This document shows, one piece after another, positions 62,962-64,000 of a DNA stretch of 64,000 nucleotides (positions are counted from its first letter, which is position 1; each line of letters begins with the position of its first letter). The notes beneath the pieces are model-generated. The model saw nothing but the letters and a program-made list of their open reading frames with translations. It did not search any database and was not told the origin of the DNA. Position numbers and translations under genes: made by a program. The DNA is from Balanoglossus misakiensis. Taxonomy: Eukaryota > Animalia > Hemichordata. The stretch is from NCBI GenBank assembly GCA_040954595.2, contig CM082591.2:3395957-3459956 (forward strand), read 5' to 3'.

Positions 62962-64000
62962 CTGTGGGTGGAAAGAGTAGTGTTTAAACTTAATGGACCT
63001 GATGAAAGTTACCACCTTACAGCTAATGCACCCTTTATTCGCTCGGCAATGTTCTTAATTACACAACAAATTCTCCTTGTGTCTTGCTATGTGTTGCAGC
63101 AATCTGCTTCCCTCTTCATCTCCCATCCCTTTTTCATAATATGAAATGGTTTGATCCTGTTTGCCGTGTATCCATAGTGTACCAGCTTTTGCCAACATTC
63201 CATGCTTGATGCTTTGGTACACGAAGTTTGATTATTAACGACATATGGTATACTGCAAACCACCTGGAGGCTTTAGTGGGTAATTACCGATATTCCCGAG
63301 CGAATAATTGGTGTGTTCAGCTGTACAGAATATTGGTGACAATAGATTCTATAAACCCAGACTTCAGTGCAAAACATAAATGTCAACGTATTTGCGAAAT
63401 GTAGGAAGCCAATCAATATTGCTGTCTCTCCAAATGACATGTCAAAGCAAGTTGGCATGGAAACCATTTTATATGTCACTCTACTCTATATTCCTATGAT
63501 CTTTACCATTTTATTGTGTATTTTAATTTCATAATTGTGATCACAAGCAAATAATAATTTTGTCTACTAGTGTAATTTACCAATACGTCATGTACTTTAC
63601 TGCTAACAGTCTAGACAGGATGTCATATGCAACACCAACTGAAGTATATGTTGTGAACTTTCAAATGTGAGAGGTGATCAAATTATTCGGGATGAAATGC
63701 AGTGGGGTTGTGGATGTGCTTTTTTCCAGTGCAGTCTCAAAGTAGCATGCATGAAATGAGAAATCTAAATGAATAAACAACTAATGTTGGTTAGTACTGA
63801 TTGTGTTGTTTGGCAAGCCAATCAACCCAAACACTCCCAGAACCTCTGAGAGACACGACATTCCTCTTACTGTTTAAACACTGCTAAAAGGTCATACCAC
63901 ACAGATTAGGGAGGTGAGGGGGTTGAACTGGATGTTAGTACAAGCAAAGCAATGTCACACTAAAACTCAGCAAACTCTGTTAACACCACATGCCTTCTTG

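Overview
Eukaryotic (metazoan) genomic DNA with spliceosomal introns; an invertebrate deuterostome such as a hemichordate is plausible but is only an inference. Host genes in order: TMEM117 (-, 3' part outside window), TM7SF3 (+), FGFR1OP2 (-), a CD225/dispanin gene (-), a CYP4-clan P450 (+), four intronless heparan sulfate 3-O-sulfotransferase-like paralogues, and the 3' exons of a PLEKHA5/6/7-like gene (-). Several MITE-like elements are interspersed. The dominant feature is a complete, apparently intact 15,401-bp Polinton/Maverick endogenous dsDNA virus at 38726-54126 (AGTAGT...ACTACT ends, about 380/430-bp TIRs, 6-bp TSD GGTACA) inserted in the middle of the fourth sulfotransferase ORF. 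It carries pPolB, packaging ATPase, PM, PZ, integrase, minor capsid, PW, major capsid and adenain-like protease genes. Reading between the ORFs shows several further structures. (i) The pPolB gene has four in-frame upstream exons, one made by tandem exon+intron duplication. (ii) A minus-strand cassette is predicted to make either a WW-PC4 protein (intron retained) or a WW-Cys/His-domain protein (274-nt intron containing the whole PC4 domain spliced out). (iii) TATA+initiator promoters recur, several built into upstream stop codons. (iv) A 47-aa hydrophobic/basic micro-ORF and an overlapping Cys-rich ORF each follow such a promoter. All splice and promoter calls are predictions from sequence, and all homology calls are from recognised motifs, not database searches.
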